DNA of 64,000 nucleotides, taken from contig CAJINV010000007.1 in the NCBI GenBank assembly GCA_905178155.1, forward strand, positions 4,490,258 through 4,554,257. The letters run 5' to 3'. This DNA is from Amoebophrya sp. A120 (taxonomy: Eukaryota; Protista; Dinoflagellata). The position numbers and the translations under genes are program-made. Below are positions 48,803-59,428 of the stretch, in pieces. The notes beneath the pieces are model-generated. The model ran no database searches, was not told where the DNA came from, and worked only from the letters and a program-made list of their open reading frames with translations. Position 1 is the first letter of the stretch. Each line of letters starts with the position of its first letter.

Positions 48803-49656
48803 CTAAATCGCAAAAGTTTTTGCCTGCGCCTGCCAGAATTCTGGTTTGCCGTCTAGAATGTCGAATGTCATGCAGACGTGTTTCTCAATGTCTTCAATTT
48901 GTGGCACCGTCATTCCCGCCAAAAGCCTGTCCCATTCCGTTACGGTTTCTGTACCATGCCCGACCTCTTGCGCCGCGCCCCGCAAAAACTCCCGGACCCT
49001 CGCTTGGCAGCCATGCAACGAAGCGACCACTTCCTTTCCGTCCTCGTTGTTGGTGTTGAGGTTCAGTTCCGGAAAGAACAGGTTCATGATCGACGGATAG
49101 TCGTGCAACGCCGATTGTAAATGTCTGGCGGCGACGAGCAAGCGTTTGCCGAGCTGGTCCGTTAGATGATTCTGCAAAGTGAGTAAAGAACTCTGCTGCG
49201 GTCCAAAAAAATCTGCTCCAGCAGCCCCTGGAGGTGGCGGGAGGCCATCTGCTGCTCCCTGGTGTGTATCATGATTTATTTTCCCTGCACTTGAAGACGG
49301 AAAGAGTAGCCCTTGCTCTTCCAACACGGCTCTCTGCATTATGAAACTGCACAACTCGCTCTTCTTCATCATGCATCAAAACGCCAAACCCAATTTCTCT
49401 TCGTAGAAATGTTTGCATGACAAACTTCTCCAAAAAGTAGCCCAAACAATACGAAACTCGCCGATGCAGCCATACACATGATCAGGCTTGTTCGTGTTTT
49501 TACTCGTTGTTGGCGTTTTTGTTGTTGTTCATATAATTGCCCTCCAGATGAGTGTTCAGATGAACGTTGTGCACTCTCGTCATATGAATTCCCACTTTCT
49601 CGACCACCAGGTCGAGCTGTGTCAAATAGATCGGCCTCAGTGTGCGGATCAGCCAC
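48803..49656 (-). CDS. Putative small unknown protein with one transmembrane segment, two exons
   Basis: ORFs 49369-49656 (hydrophobic MAASASFVLFGLLFG) and 48803-49372 can be joined by a short GT-AG intron around 49364-49425. No homology recognised. Confidence 0.4.
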
Positions 49657-50046
49657 TGCACTTCCGCATACACCGACCTTTTCTTCACGTCGTTGTTCAC
49701 TATCATCAAGTTGGAACAGCTCCGGGCGATCTCATCTACCGGCGTGGAACTCCTGTGGTGACGTTCTCGGATATCAAAACGAAAGATCCCCCCTCGTCCC
49801 CATACACGAAACAAAGCCGCTAATGCTGCTGGATTTTTTGAGTACGCATAAGCTCTGTCTTGCAGTAAAAAGGGACTGCGCGACGCATACCCTCAGCCTG
49901 ATTAGGAGCGTCATCATCATCATGTAGTGGACACCCGCACCCAGCGCCACAGGTCAAGGATCCCCTCCCCGGGGGGTGGGCGAGGAAGCACTTTCGGCGA
50001 CCTCAACATACAAAAGCCGAGCGCTACCACGGCAAGTCGCCCCAAT

Positions 50047-50524
50047 NNNNNNNNNNNNNNNNNNNNNNNNNNNNNNNNNNNNNNNNNNNNNNNNNNNNNN
50101 NNNNNNNNNNNNNNNNNNNNNNNNNNNNNNNNNNNNNNNNNNNNNNNNNNNNNNNNNNNNNNNNNNNNNNNNNNNNNNNNNNNNNNNNNNNNNNNNNNNN
50201 NNNNNNNNNNNNNNNNNNNNNNNNNNNNNNNNNNNNNNNNNNNNNNNNNNNNNNNNNNNNNNNNNNNNNNNNNNNNNNNNNNNNNNNNNNNNNNNNNNNN
50301 NNNNNNNNNNNNNNNNNNNNNNNNNNNNNNNNNNNNNNNNNNNNNNNNNNNNNNNNNNNNNNNNNNNNNNNNNNNNNNNNNNNNNNNNNNNNNNNNNNNN
50401 NNNNNNNNNNNNNNNNNNNNNNNNNNNNNNNNNNNNNNNNNNNNNNNNNNNNNNNNNNNNNNNNNNNNNNNNNNNNNNNNNNNNNNNNNNNNNNNNNNNN
50501 NNNNNNNNNNNNNNNNNNNNNNNN
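50047..50524. other. Assembly gap (478 N)
   Basis: Run of N. Confidence 1.
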
Positions 50525-50903
50525 GGGCGCCTCAGAAGGGCGCCCCTTTTGCCGGCTCCCCTGCGTCGTTTTATCAAGTGCGAATCGATAGTTTTCGACC
50601 GGGCTTGTTTGCCGCAAACGCCCCGGCCGCTTGATAAGTGAAAACTTTTTATGCTCAAAAACACTTCCGGCCGCTTGAAAACTGCCGGTCGTTTTGCTGT
50701 CTGGCTGGCAAAAAAACTCCCTGATTAGAACCGTTCGGTGACCTCACTACATACCAACCAGTCGGGAGCGTGGCCTGAGGGCGGTGTAGGTGTTTAGCAT
50801 GACAAATGCCTGCCCTGCCGACAAGCAGCATGAGAAAATCTCCTCCATGACCATGACGTGGCGCACACCTCCGCCCTTGCCTTCTTGTAAGAGCGGGGTG
50901 TGA

Positions 50904-53900
50904 TCAGGAATCTGCATCCCAGATTTCCCTTTTGAATCTGGGGAGGGGCAGGGGCGGGGATTTTTCCTCACAATATCGGAGCATGGACGAGGACTCTGGA
51001 GCCACGTCTCTGCGCCTTCCTTGGCTGTCCCGGTCCCGCACATCAGCGGCTTCTTGCTGGTCTCGTTGACCACCACCAGCAGCTGCCCCAGATTTTTTTT
51101 TTTCAGGACCGTCGCTACCAGAAGCGAGATCTTTGCTCCCCATTCTCGACGAAGTGGATGGGCCCTGCTTGTAGTTGTGCGCCGGCCACAGCAGCTGATG
51201 CACACGACCTGCTCGTGAAGTTGGTACAACTGGAGTGCCGGTAGTGTCGCTGCAAGTGACGACCATTGCGTTGAATGAATCGAGCAGGAGGTGCAGAAAG
51301 ACAGAAAGGACGGAGTGGTGTTGGTCCAGAAAAAAGTTCAGATCCGAAGTGACCTGCACCTGGTTAGAAACAATGTCAGCAGGAGCAGGAGCAGCTGCGC
51401 TGGTCCTCGAAGTCGTGCCATTAGAAGTTGGACTGGCGGAGGTTGGTAGGCCTCCTGAAGCTGATAGTCCAGAAGCAGCTTGTTCTACTGGTGCACAACT
51501 TCCCACAGGAGCCCGCCCGCCCCGGAGCCCGGCACCTCCTACCGAGCTACCTTGTTCATCTCCAGCCTGGGCAGCAGTCGCCGCTTGCTGGGTCCTCGTT
51601 GTTCTAGGTACGAAATTTTGTTCGTTGCCCGTCGTGGTTGTCAAGAAGGACAGGAAACCCTGCACGAAGGCATTCGCGTGTCCGGGTTGGTAATTGGAAT
51701 TCCGCGAACCGTACGCCTGATGATACACATCGTTGAAGGCCCCGGACCATAACTGCGTGAGGCCGTAAACCAGGCATAACGCCTGCGAAGCCTGGTTTGG
51801 GGTGCGGGTCGTGCGGGAACTCTGGCTGGAGTAGTTGTCCCAGAAACGAATGATACGGGCCAGCTCGCCCTGGCGGTTTCTTGCCAAGTCAAACACGAGC
51901 TCTGCGATGACAACGCTTGCGTGCTCTTTGTCCTCGTACGCGTCTTCGATCAGGAGAAGCTCCTTGAAGTAACTACCGTCCTCTGGGATGCTCGCACCGT
52001 CGAACATGTCCAAAGCCTCTTTCCAAGCGGTGTGTTGCGCCGCGGTCACAAAACCGACTTCCTGGACAGCCATGCGGAAGCTTCGGATCATGAGCGCAAA
52101 GGGAGTGCTCCCATCTCGATCCCGATCGGCACGCTTCAAAATGTTGGGATTAATACTTTTGAGCTGCTCGTCATGGAGACGTCGAGGCGGGTCGCTGTAG
52201 CTGGTGCCAGAAGAAGATGACAGGACGGAGGCGAAGGAATGACTACGACCCAGGTGCTGGTGACGCTGCACCCCAATCGCCAGACTGACGAGAGGTCTGC
52301 TGGTGTGCTGATACCGTCCGGCGGTAGAACTAGTTGAGTTACTGCTGCTCCTCCGCCCGGCGCTCGGGACGCTACCGGGCCTCCCGCGGGGCCCCTCTTG
52401 GTCCGACCAGTACGTGTGCTCGAAATTTTGATTATCGGCACTAGGATTTGTCGCTTTTCCCTGCTGCTGCAGCACTTCCAGGACAACTTTCGCAAATTTA
52501 ACCCGGTGCTCGAAGCCACAGGTGGCCTCGTCAAAGATCAGCCACGGGTACTTATCCTCAGCCAGGCGTGAGTGCTGGTATTGTTCTTCATCTTGCTCGG
52601 TAAAATTCAGAATATCCTCCGCTGTTCCACCTTGGTTATCAACGTCCGAGCTCGCATTTCTAGTCCTCGCTTCAAATTCGTCATCCAGCGTAAAGTGCAA
52701 ATACTGCTGACTGCCAAAGATGATGTGCAGTAAGTTACCGTGGTACTCAGCTTCTTCAGACTTCTGAGGGTAATTATCCTCGTCCCGGGGTAATAAAGGT
52801 AAAGCTGTTCGTGCTTCCGCTTCATTATTCGCCAAAAAGGGATCCAGAATCAGTGACGGCTTGAGTTGCAGCAGAATTCGTAGCATCTCCGGATCTAACT
52901 CTGCGCACGTGTAGCTACCGGAAGGACGACCGTTTTGCAGAAGCTGCTCGCCCTCGTAGAAAGAACCTTCCGATGCAGAATCGGACGAAATGGAAATAAA
53001 ACTGCCCAGCGCGCTGCGTGTAGTACTTGGATCATGTTGGTGCAACTCCTGGTCCGCTTCAGGTTCAGACGGCTGAGCCGCTTCCGCAGCATGAAACTGC
53101 TCGACTTGCACGGCATGCTGTTCATGATATTCCTCCGCAGCAGACGCTAGCTGCACACGAGCAGACACTGCCCACGGAAGATCTCGATCCTCCTCGTGGT
53201 GTCGTTCTATCTGCCTGCTTGGGAACACCGGCGCGGGCACTCCTGGAGGTGGAGAAAATACACACGGCTGCTGCACTAAAGGGTCATCCATCACAACTTC
53301 ATCTTCGCCTATGACAGGCGTCGCGCTGCGCGGCGGTCCCAGTATTCCGGTTCGAAGGGAGGCGTCCAACCAACGGCAACGCTGGGGAACAGCTCCTGCT
53401 GGAACGGAATCTGTATCTGAAGCGGGTGGCACTACTGCCCCCGCTGCCAACCGTACTAAAGGTGTGCAAAGCGTTGGCCCGTCCGTGGGTGGCGGGGACG
53501 AGGAGGTCGCACTCGTCGGGATCATCGGAATCATTGGCCTGCCGGTGTGAGGGACGCTTAGATATGTACTATCGTGGGCGCCGGAAGACGATGAGGAAGG
53601 AGAACGACGCGCGGCCGAGGGAGGTACTACCGGAGGACTTGTAAAACTTTCATGACACGGTATCGGCAGTGCCAGGGCGTCAAGAATGTGAGGTCCGGCA
53701 CGACTGCCGGACGCTCCGCCTAAACAAGCTGCAGTATCGCTGCGAGCTGGAGCAGGGGCTAGCAGAACTTGCTGCCGCTCAGCCGCGGTGCCGTGAATCT
53801 CCCCGCTCAGAACGAGTCTCTCGAATGCCTTGCTCAAAGCCCCTTCTGCAGCTTCGCCCTCTCGGTGTCCATATTCAGAGCTGGCGCAGCTCTCTTCATC

Positions 53901-56900
53901 ATTCTCGGACGAGTAAACGCCGCCGCCTCTGTCGTCCACAAGCTGTGGTGCGCTAGCAGTGCTTCGTGACACGATGAGGCCAGGATGTAGGTCGTGAATG
54001 TTGACCCTTTCTTGTTTATTCTGCTTGTGAAGGAGACGAGCCTTGTCAAGTAGATGAGCACGTCTCAGAAGATCTTGCCGCTGCGCCGCGTCTTGTGGCC
54101 GCGGGGGACCTGCGATCGGTTCAAAGGTTTCTTCTTGGTAGTGGTACTGGAAACCACTCGCTGTCGCTGCATTTCGACGGTGAAAACGAGAAGCGCTTCT
54201 TTCCTCCTGCTGCTCGCCGACAGAAGTCGTTGTTCCGAAAGCCAATCCACCCGCCGAGAAGGGCAGGGCATTAGCACTGTCAGCTTCCTCTTCTTCATCA
54301 CTTGGAGCTGGACCGGAATCGTCTTCATCGTCATCAAACAGCGTATCGAGTAGTGCACCCGCCAATGGATCTTCGGGAATACCTGGATCGCCGCTGACAT
54401 GAACATGATACTCTTCCTGCATCAGGGGATGTTCCGCTCTAGTAGCCGCGTACTGGTGACCAGCAGGCGCAAGACCACTACCGACTTGCACCGTGGCATT
54501 GGCGGTTTTCAGTTTTTCCAGGAGGGTTGTATTTCCCTTGATCTGGTGCTTCCAAAAGGAATCATCTTCACGAGTCGCAGGAACTATAACAGCTCCTGCT
54601 CCTGTGCCGCTGTCCACAGAAGACCGTCTAGAGTCTGCGGGCGATTCGCTCGGTGATACGGACAGAGTCTTTTGCTTTTCCCAAAGCAAGCTCCCTCTCT
54701 CTGATATCGCGTCCACTTCGGGAGATGACACAGTCCGGGAGGACCTCGGTCCGGCCGCGGCGTGGCTCTCGGTGTGCCAGGCGCCGAAGAGGTAAAACAG
54801 CTCCGGCTTCAGAAAGCTCGGCGTCTGCAGATCTGCGAACGTAACGTGGTGAATGCCCGCGTAGTCCAGCATCTCCATTTCGAAGACTCGCAGGGATTTT
54901 TCCGGGAGGTCCTGCAGGTGCAGTTTCGGCAAAATCCAGTGCTTCAGCAAGTGCAAATGCTCGTCAATGATGTTGGTCAGCAGTGCGGTCTTAAACGTCA
55001 GGGTGCCGTTGGAGAGGTGGATCTGCTGTTCTTGCTGAGCTCGCAAATCCGCAATGTGCTTCAGCGACTTTCGCAACACCGCTTGCAGCTCGGAGTGCGC
55101 GAGCCAGTCGTCCTCGGTCGGCACCGCGGAAAGAAGGATGCTCACCATTTCACTATCGTTCTGCAAGATCGCGTATTCGAGAAGGTTGTTCTGGATGAAA
55201 AGCTCGGCGTTAGTACTATTTGCAGCAGCAGCTCTTACCGATCGGCCTTGTAGCTTTCGAGAACCTGCTGGTGTCTCTTTCGATTTCTCTCTTGTAGAAG
55301 TTCCCTCCTTCTGGTGCTCTGCATGCAGTGGTCCATCCACAATGTCTGGCAGGGCCGATAAGTCGGCGCCTGTAACATTATTTCTGGTCACAATCGGCGC
55401 GCGCTTCGGGTTAAACAAGTCCGCCCCGTGCGCTAGACAGGCCTTGACGGCACTCCTGTTTCTGAATTTCACGGAGATGCCCAGAATGTCGTCGTGCGGA
55501 AGCTGGCGCGCGCCCGTGGCGTCGGGTGGAAACTTGTTTTCACGAAGGTGATAGATGACGGACCGAAGCCAGACTTCCTGCTTGACGTGCGGAAGGGCCA
55601 CGGAATTGCTGAAGCTGACAGTCGGTATTTTTGCGGGACGGGTTTGGTGTCTCTGCCGGAGTCCTCCGGGAGTCCCAACGACACCGTCAAGGTCGGTACC
55701 GGCATCTTCTTCACTGTCACTATCACTCTCGTCCGAGATGTCGGCCTTCGCAGCTGCCGCCGCGGCCGCAGCTGTTCTCGCCCTGCGTGCGACAATATCT
55801 GCTGTCGCCGGTGGTTCTTCTGTGGACGATGACAGCTCCGCTTCACTAGAAGTGCCAGCTATCAATGCTGGCATTGCCAGGAGATAGCGCGTATCTAACA
55901 TGAGCCCTGCTCTTTCCTGTTCGTGCTGGGCATCTATGATCTTTTCCACAATTTCAAAAGACAAACAGAATCTGCGCTTCTGATGCGGTTCCGGCCTGAT
56001 TGTTTCGGGACGATTTTCTGTACTGGGCTCTGTATCTGTTCCTTTTCTCTCCGGTGCAGCGAAAAGGGCCAAAATTGGAAGGTCGTACACATAGGGAACT
56101 CCGTTCTCCCAGGAAGTAGGAACAAAAGCAGGATCCTTCGTAGTCGCTGTGCTGCGGCCGACGTTTCGGGGAGCGTTGGCGGGAGCAGATGGCGACGATG
56201 ACAAAACGAACGCCTCTTTTTCCAAAACCTTCCAGAACTCGGTTTCGGGCCAGCTCATGCGCATTTTTGTAAAGATCGCGTGCGTCGTGGCGTAGTCGAT
56301 TTCTTCGATGTCGCCTTGATCCTCTTCAAGCGGCGCCGCCTGGGTAACATCCCAGCCAAAGTCCATCTCCTGTCGCCTGCTTTCTTGCCTTGCGCACTCC
56401 TCAGCCAGTTTCAGCTGCACTAACCGCATAAATTGCCAAATTGGTGTGAAAGCCGGCAGAAGATTTATTTCGAAGGTTAGAGCCGTAGTTCCACAGGGTC
56501 CGTAGTATTGATCATCAAGATCATCGTCCGCGCTATCTTCATCCCGAGACGAGACCGAAGGCCAAGCCGATGACGAGGACTTGTGAAATAATTCTTCCTG
56601 CCCAAGGAGCTTTGCCTTAATTTCAACCGTAAACAGCTCTGGCAGTTGGTCATTCATTTTTCCATGCCGCACTTCCTGCTGTTGCTGTCGTCCAGGGATT
56701 GCAGCTCCCGCACCGTAGTGCCCCGTTCCTGTATTGGCTACGGTCGGCTCGATTAATGGATTTGTCGTTCCAGCAGTAGGAGACGCTGTGCCCGTGCGCT
56801 GGGCGGACGATGAACTACCAGCGTCGTCTACTACTATCGTTTCACTTCTACTTGCTGCAGACCCAGACCCCGGAGTGGAATCGCTTTGCTGGTGCGCTCG

Positions 56901-58250
56901 AGGCGTCGTACCATCCGCGGTCCCAGCTGCTATGCGGGGGTGGACCACATTTGCGTGATGTGCTACGTCTGACAGTACTGGTCCCCCCGCCTCCAGCCTT
57001 CGCGCATCCCACCAGGATGGCTCAGGTTCAGGCTGTGGCTGCGGAGGCGGACGTTGACCCCATTGTTGAAGAGGGCGGCCGAAGACGTTATGAAATGAGT
57101 TCGGGAACACAGCATCTACCCCCGCGGGATGTTGCTGTTGGCCTCCTCGTCCATATGCTCCTGCTAGAGGTCGGACCGGCCAAGGCTGCCGCCCTCTGGT
57201 TTGAAAGTCGCTGCTACTGCTGGTTGCACTTGTTCCGCGTGAGGAGGTCGAGGGGCTGGCAAATTGTAAAACTTGCGACGACCCACCACCACCACGACCG
57301 CGACCCCCCATGGCGTAGAGAAGCGGAGGTGGTGTGTTGGTTGTGAGTCCTGTTGCAAGCAGCTCATCCGGCCCCTGGTTGGACAGCGAGTCTCGCGTGT
57401 GTGTAGCTGCACTGTCTTGCAACGAGGACAGCATGCTGTTACTGCTACCTGTTCGGTACATGGGTGTGTTTGGGTGCGAAGACCCCCCCGAGCTTGGGTA
57501 GGCCGGACCAGCAAACGGCCAGTCTTGACCATATTGATCATGTGGTCGTTCCAGCAAAAGGCGACCGCGTGTGGCGGCCGCGGATGACGAGTTGTAGCTG
57601 TTGGGCCTGCTCCCACTCCCGCTCCTGCTAGTGCTTTCTCCAACAGAAGGTCGTCCGTCGAACTCTTCATTGTAATAATATCCTCTTTGCCGCGCGGCCA
57701 GCGCGGAAGATTCTCCGGGACCGAGGGGTCCGCCTCCGCTCGGTCGCCCCTGTCGGGAACGAATTAGTACAGGTGTGGTTGTACTAGTACCAGGAAGATC
57801 TTCACGCGGAGCAGCTCCACGACCGTCAGCACCGGCTAGAGCTTGACGATGCCCGTTCCGAGCTGCATCCTCCACGGCAACTGCATCATTGCTGGGACGA
57901 TCACTGCTGGCACCAGCAGACAGAAGTCCGGTCGGTTGTCGTAGGTGGTGCGTCTCTCCTGGTACAGACGACACCGCGGAAGAAACGCGCTCGGCTGCAG
58001 CCTCGAGCTGTAGTAACTCGCCTGGGTTATAATCATATGGAGGCACAACGTCGTCGTGGTGGTGCGCAGAAGTCGTGTAGGCCGCGTTATCGACCAGGAC
58101 CCGCGCATCGCCAACATCGGCTTTCTTCTGGAGCGCGAGACCGTCGGCAATGTTAATGTAAGCAAAGGATAAAATAGAAATAAATTTCAAAGTGGAAAAT
58201 CCACCGGTAGAAACGAAGGCGTAAAGCATTCTCAGTTGAGGCGCCATCAT
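50904..58250 (-). CDS. 2448-aa uninterrupted ORF: N-terminal hydrophobic leader, largely low complexity, dispersed ankyrin-like segments
   Basis: 7.3-kb open frame with AVKACLAHGADL, NLLEYAILQNDSEMVSILLS, GNLLHII and DRDGSTPFALM segments. Confidence 0.75.
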   Translation of the reverse strand: MMAPQLRMLYAFVSTGGFSTLKFISILSFAYINIADGLALQKKADVGDARVLVDNAAYTTSAHHHDDVVPPYDYNPGELLQLEAAAERVSSAVSSVPGETHHLRQPTGLLSAGASSDRPSNDAVAVEDAARNGHRQALAGADGRGAAPREDLPGTSTTTPVLIRSRQGRPSGGGPLGPGESSALAARQRGYYYNEEFDGRPSVGESTSRSGSGSRPNSYNSSSAAATRGRLLLERPHDQYGQDWPFAGPAYPSSGGSSHPNTPMYRTGSSNSMLSSLQDSAATHTRDSLSNQGPDELLATGLTTNTPPPLLYAMGGRGRGGGGSSQVLQFASPSTSSRGTSATSSSSDFQTRGRQPWPVRPLAGAYGRGGQQQHPAGVDAVFPNSFHNVFGRPLQQWGQRPPPQPQPEPEPSWWDARRLEAGGPVLSDVAHHANVVHPRIAAGTADGTTPRAHQQSDSTPGSGSAASRSETIVVDDAGSSSSAQRTGTASPTAGTTNPLIEPTVANTGTGHYGAGAAIPGRQQQQEVRHGKMNDQLPELFTVEIKAKLLGQEELFHKSSSSAWPSVSSRDEDSADDDLDDQYYGPCGTTALTFEINLLPAFTPIWQFMRLVQLKLAEECARQESRRQEMDFGWDVTQAAPLEEDQGDIEEIDYATTHAIFTKMRMSWPETEFWKVLEKEAFVLSSSPSAPANAPRNVGRSTATTKDPAFVPTSWENGVPYVYDLPILALFAAPERKGTDTEPSTENRPETIRPEPHQKRRFCLSFEIVEKIIDAQHEQERAGLMLDTRYLLAMPALIAGTSSEAELSSSTEEPPATADIVARRARTAAAAAAAAKADISDESDSDSEEDAGTDLDGVVGTPGGLRQRHQTRPAKIPTVSFSNSVALPHVKQEVWLRSVIYHLRENKFPPDATGARQLPHDDILGISVKFRNRSAVKACLAHGADLFNPKRAPIVTRNNVTGADLSALPDIVDGPLHAEHQKEGTSTREKSKETPAGSRKLQGRSVRAAAANSTNAELFIQNNLLEYAILQNDSEMVSILLSAVPTEDDWLAHSELQAVLRKSLKHIADLRAQQEQQIHLSNGTLTFKTALLTNIIDEHLHLLKHWILPKLHLQDLPEKSLRVFEMEMLDYAGIHHVTFADLQTPSFLKPELFYLFGAWHTESHAAAGPRSSRTVSSPEVDAISERGSLLWEKQKTLSVSPSESPADSRRSSVDSGTGAGAVIVPATREDDSFWKHQIKGNTTLLEKLKTANATVQVGSGLAPAGHQYAATRAEHPLMQEEYHVHVSGDPGIPEDPLAGALLDTLFDDDEDDSGPAPSDEEEEADSANALPFSAGGLAFGTTTSVGEQQEERSASRFHRRNAATASGFQYHYQEETFEPIAGPPRPQDAAQRQDLLRRAHLLDKARLLHKQNKQERVNIHDLHPGLIVSRSTASAPQLVDDRGGGVYSSENDEESCASSEYGHREGEAAEGALSKAFERLVLSGEIHGTAAERQQVLLAPAPARSDTAACLGGASGSRAGPHILDALALPIPCHESFTSPPVVPPSAARRSPSSSSSGAHDSTYLSVPHTGRPMIPMIPTSATSSSPPPTDGPTLCTPLVRLAAGAVVPPASDTDSVPAGAVPQRCRWLDASLRTGILGPPRSATPVIGEDEVVMDDPLVQQPCVFSPPPGVPAPVFPSRQIERHHEEDRDLPWAVSARVQLASAAEEYHEQHAVQVEQFHAAEAAQPSEPEADQELHQHDPSTTRSALGSFISISSDSASEGSFYEGEQLLQNGRPSGSYTCAELDPEMLRILLQLKPSLILDPFLANNEAEARTALPLLPRDEDNYPQKSEEAEYHGNLLHIIFGSQQYLHFTLDDEFEARTRNASSDVDNQGGTAEDILNFTEQDEEQYQHSRLAEDKYPWLIFDEATCGFEHRVKFAKVVLEVLQQQGKATNPSADNQNFEHTYWSDQEGPRGRPGSVPSAGRRSSSNSTSSTAGRYQHTSRPLVSLAIGVQRHQHLGRSHSFASVLSSSSGTSYSDPPRRLHDEQLKSINPNILKRADRDRDGSTPFALMIRSFRMAVQEVGFVTAAQHTAWKEALDMFDGASIPEDGSYFKELLLIEDAYEDKEHASVVIAELVFDLARNRQGELARIIRFWDNYSSQSSRTTRTPNQASQALCLVYGLTQLWSGAFNDVYHQAYGSRNSNYQPGHANAFVQGFLSFLTTTTGNEQNFVPRTTRTQQAATAAQAGDEQGSSVGGAGLRGGRAPVGSCAPVEQAASGLSASGGLPTSASPTSNGTTSRTSAAAPAPADIVSNQVQVTSDLNFFLDQHHSVLSVFLHLLLDSFNAMVVTCSDTTGTPVVPTSRAGRVHQLLWPAHNYKQGPSTSSRMGSKDLASGSDGPEKKKSGAAAGGGQRDQQEAADVRDRDSQGRRRDVAPESSSMLRYCEEKSPPLPLPRFKREIWDADS

Positions 58251-59428
58251 TTTCGTCGCAAGTAAGGAAAAGCAGCTGGCAGCTCTGGTAGAAAAATGTC
58301 AGCCTTTGCTGAAGCCGTGTGGTGGCCCAAAAAAAATTCCGATATTGAAAATCATACACTTCGTTTTACAGTAGTAAGTTGGTTGATCATTGGGCATGTA
58401 GTTACGTACAATTAGAATTTAGTTGTTACAAGATGACGCTTATATATATCTACAGTGATGTCGGCGACACGAAAAAATCTTCAGAATTGAGAGTGATGCT
58501 ATAGCAGCACCTCCCTCATAGACGTGGGAAGCTGATTGATGTTGTTTTTTAGATAAAATTATGAGTATTCGGCTCCACTACTACTTCTAGTTCTATTGGA
58601 GCTACATCAAGCCTCAGTCGCTTTCTTGGCGGTAAGAGTAAAGTATTACTTCTAAAAGATCAACCAGGCGGAGCACGGTCTCGTGGTCACACTTTCATTC
58701 TGAATCCTCTAGCCTCTTGATATCGTCGATCAGCCTCCACCACGGATCATGTTTCATGTTCCAGGAACTCGTTTCAGGAGCGCAAAGAAAGGATCCTGTC
58801 GCGCAGTGGCGCTGGTGATCTCCTTAAGCGACCACGTTGTCCATTGCAAATGCGAAGATCTTACAGTTACAGCTGCTAATAAAGCAGGTCGACACACAGG
58901 GTATCTGATCTTCTTCGACATGATCTTCTTCCCGAAGCAAGTTGAAGTTGTAAATCAATGCGGATGAAGATAAACCTTCTTCCTAAAGATGCCCTTCTAC
59001 TGGTACTGCTGCATCTGACCCTTTGTTTCATGATCGTTACCAGCGCTCCCCGGTGCTACCGTGGCAATTGCAGCCGTCCAAGATCCTCTTATCGGCGTGG
59101 TCACTGGCGTTGTAAGTTTTGGAACACGATAAAATCGCTGCGCGCAGCGTTAACGATAGGCTCTATCGTCCGTACAAGCCGGCGCACAGCAGCCAATATC
59201 GGCTGCTTGTTTGAGAAAAATAAGCTCAAGTTCATTTCTCCTACGGATAACGATGAGTTTAGATGAAATGGAGAGCGTAGTTGAGGAGTTCCAGAGATCA
59301 ACCTTCACCTCAAAAGTTGTTCGTTTAGAAGTGTCGCTTTGAATATGGTAATGTCATGAACTGAGACCTGTGTAGAAGTGTAGTACTACTTACAACGTGC
59401 TCATCTTTTAGAAGCACGGTAGCCAGCA

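Noticed and set aside
49368-49425. tcatgca/tgcatga mini inverted repeat with a gcatgacaa motif as an introner
   Set aside because: Only 7-bp arms, no TSD, and repeat-based removal creates a stop. A GT-AG intron fits better.
49927-50664. ORFs spanning the N run
   Set aside because: Artefacts of the assembly gap.
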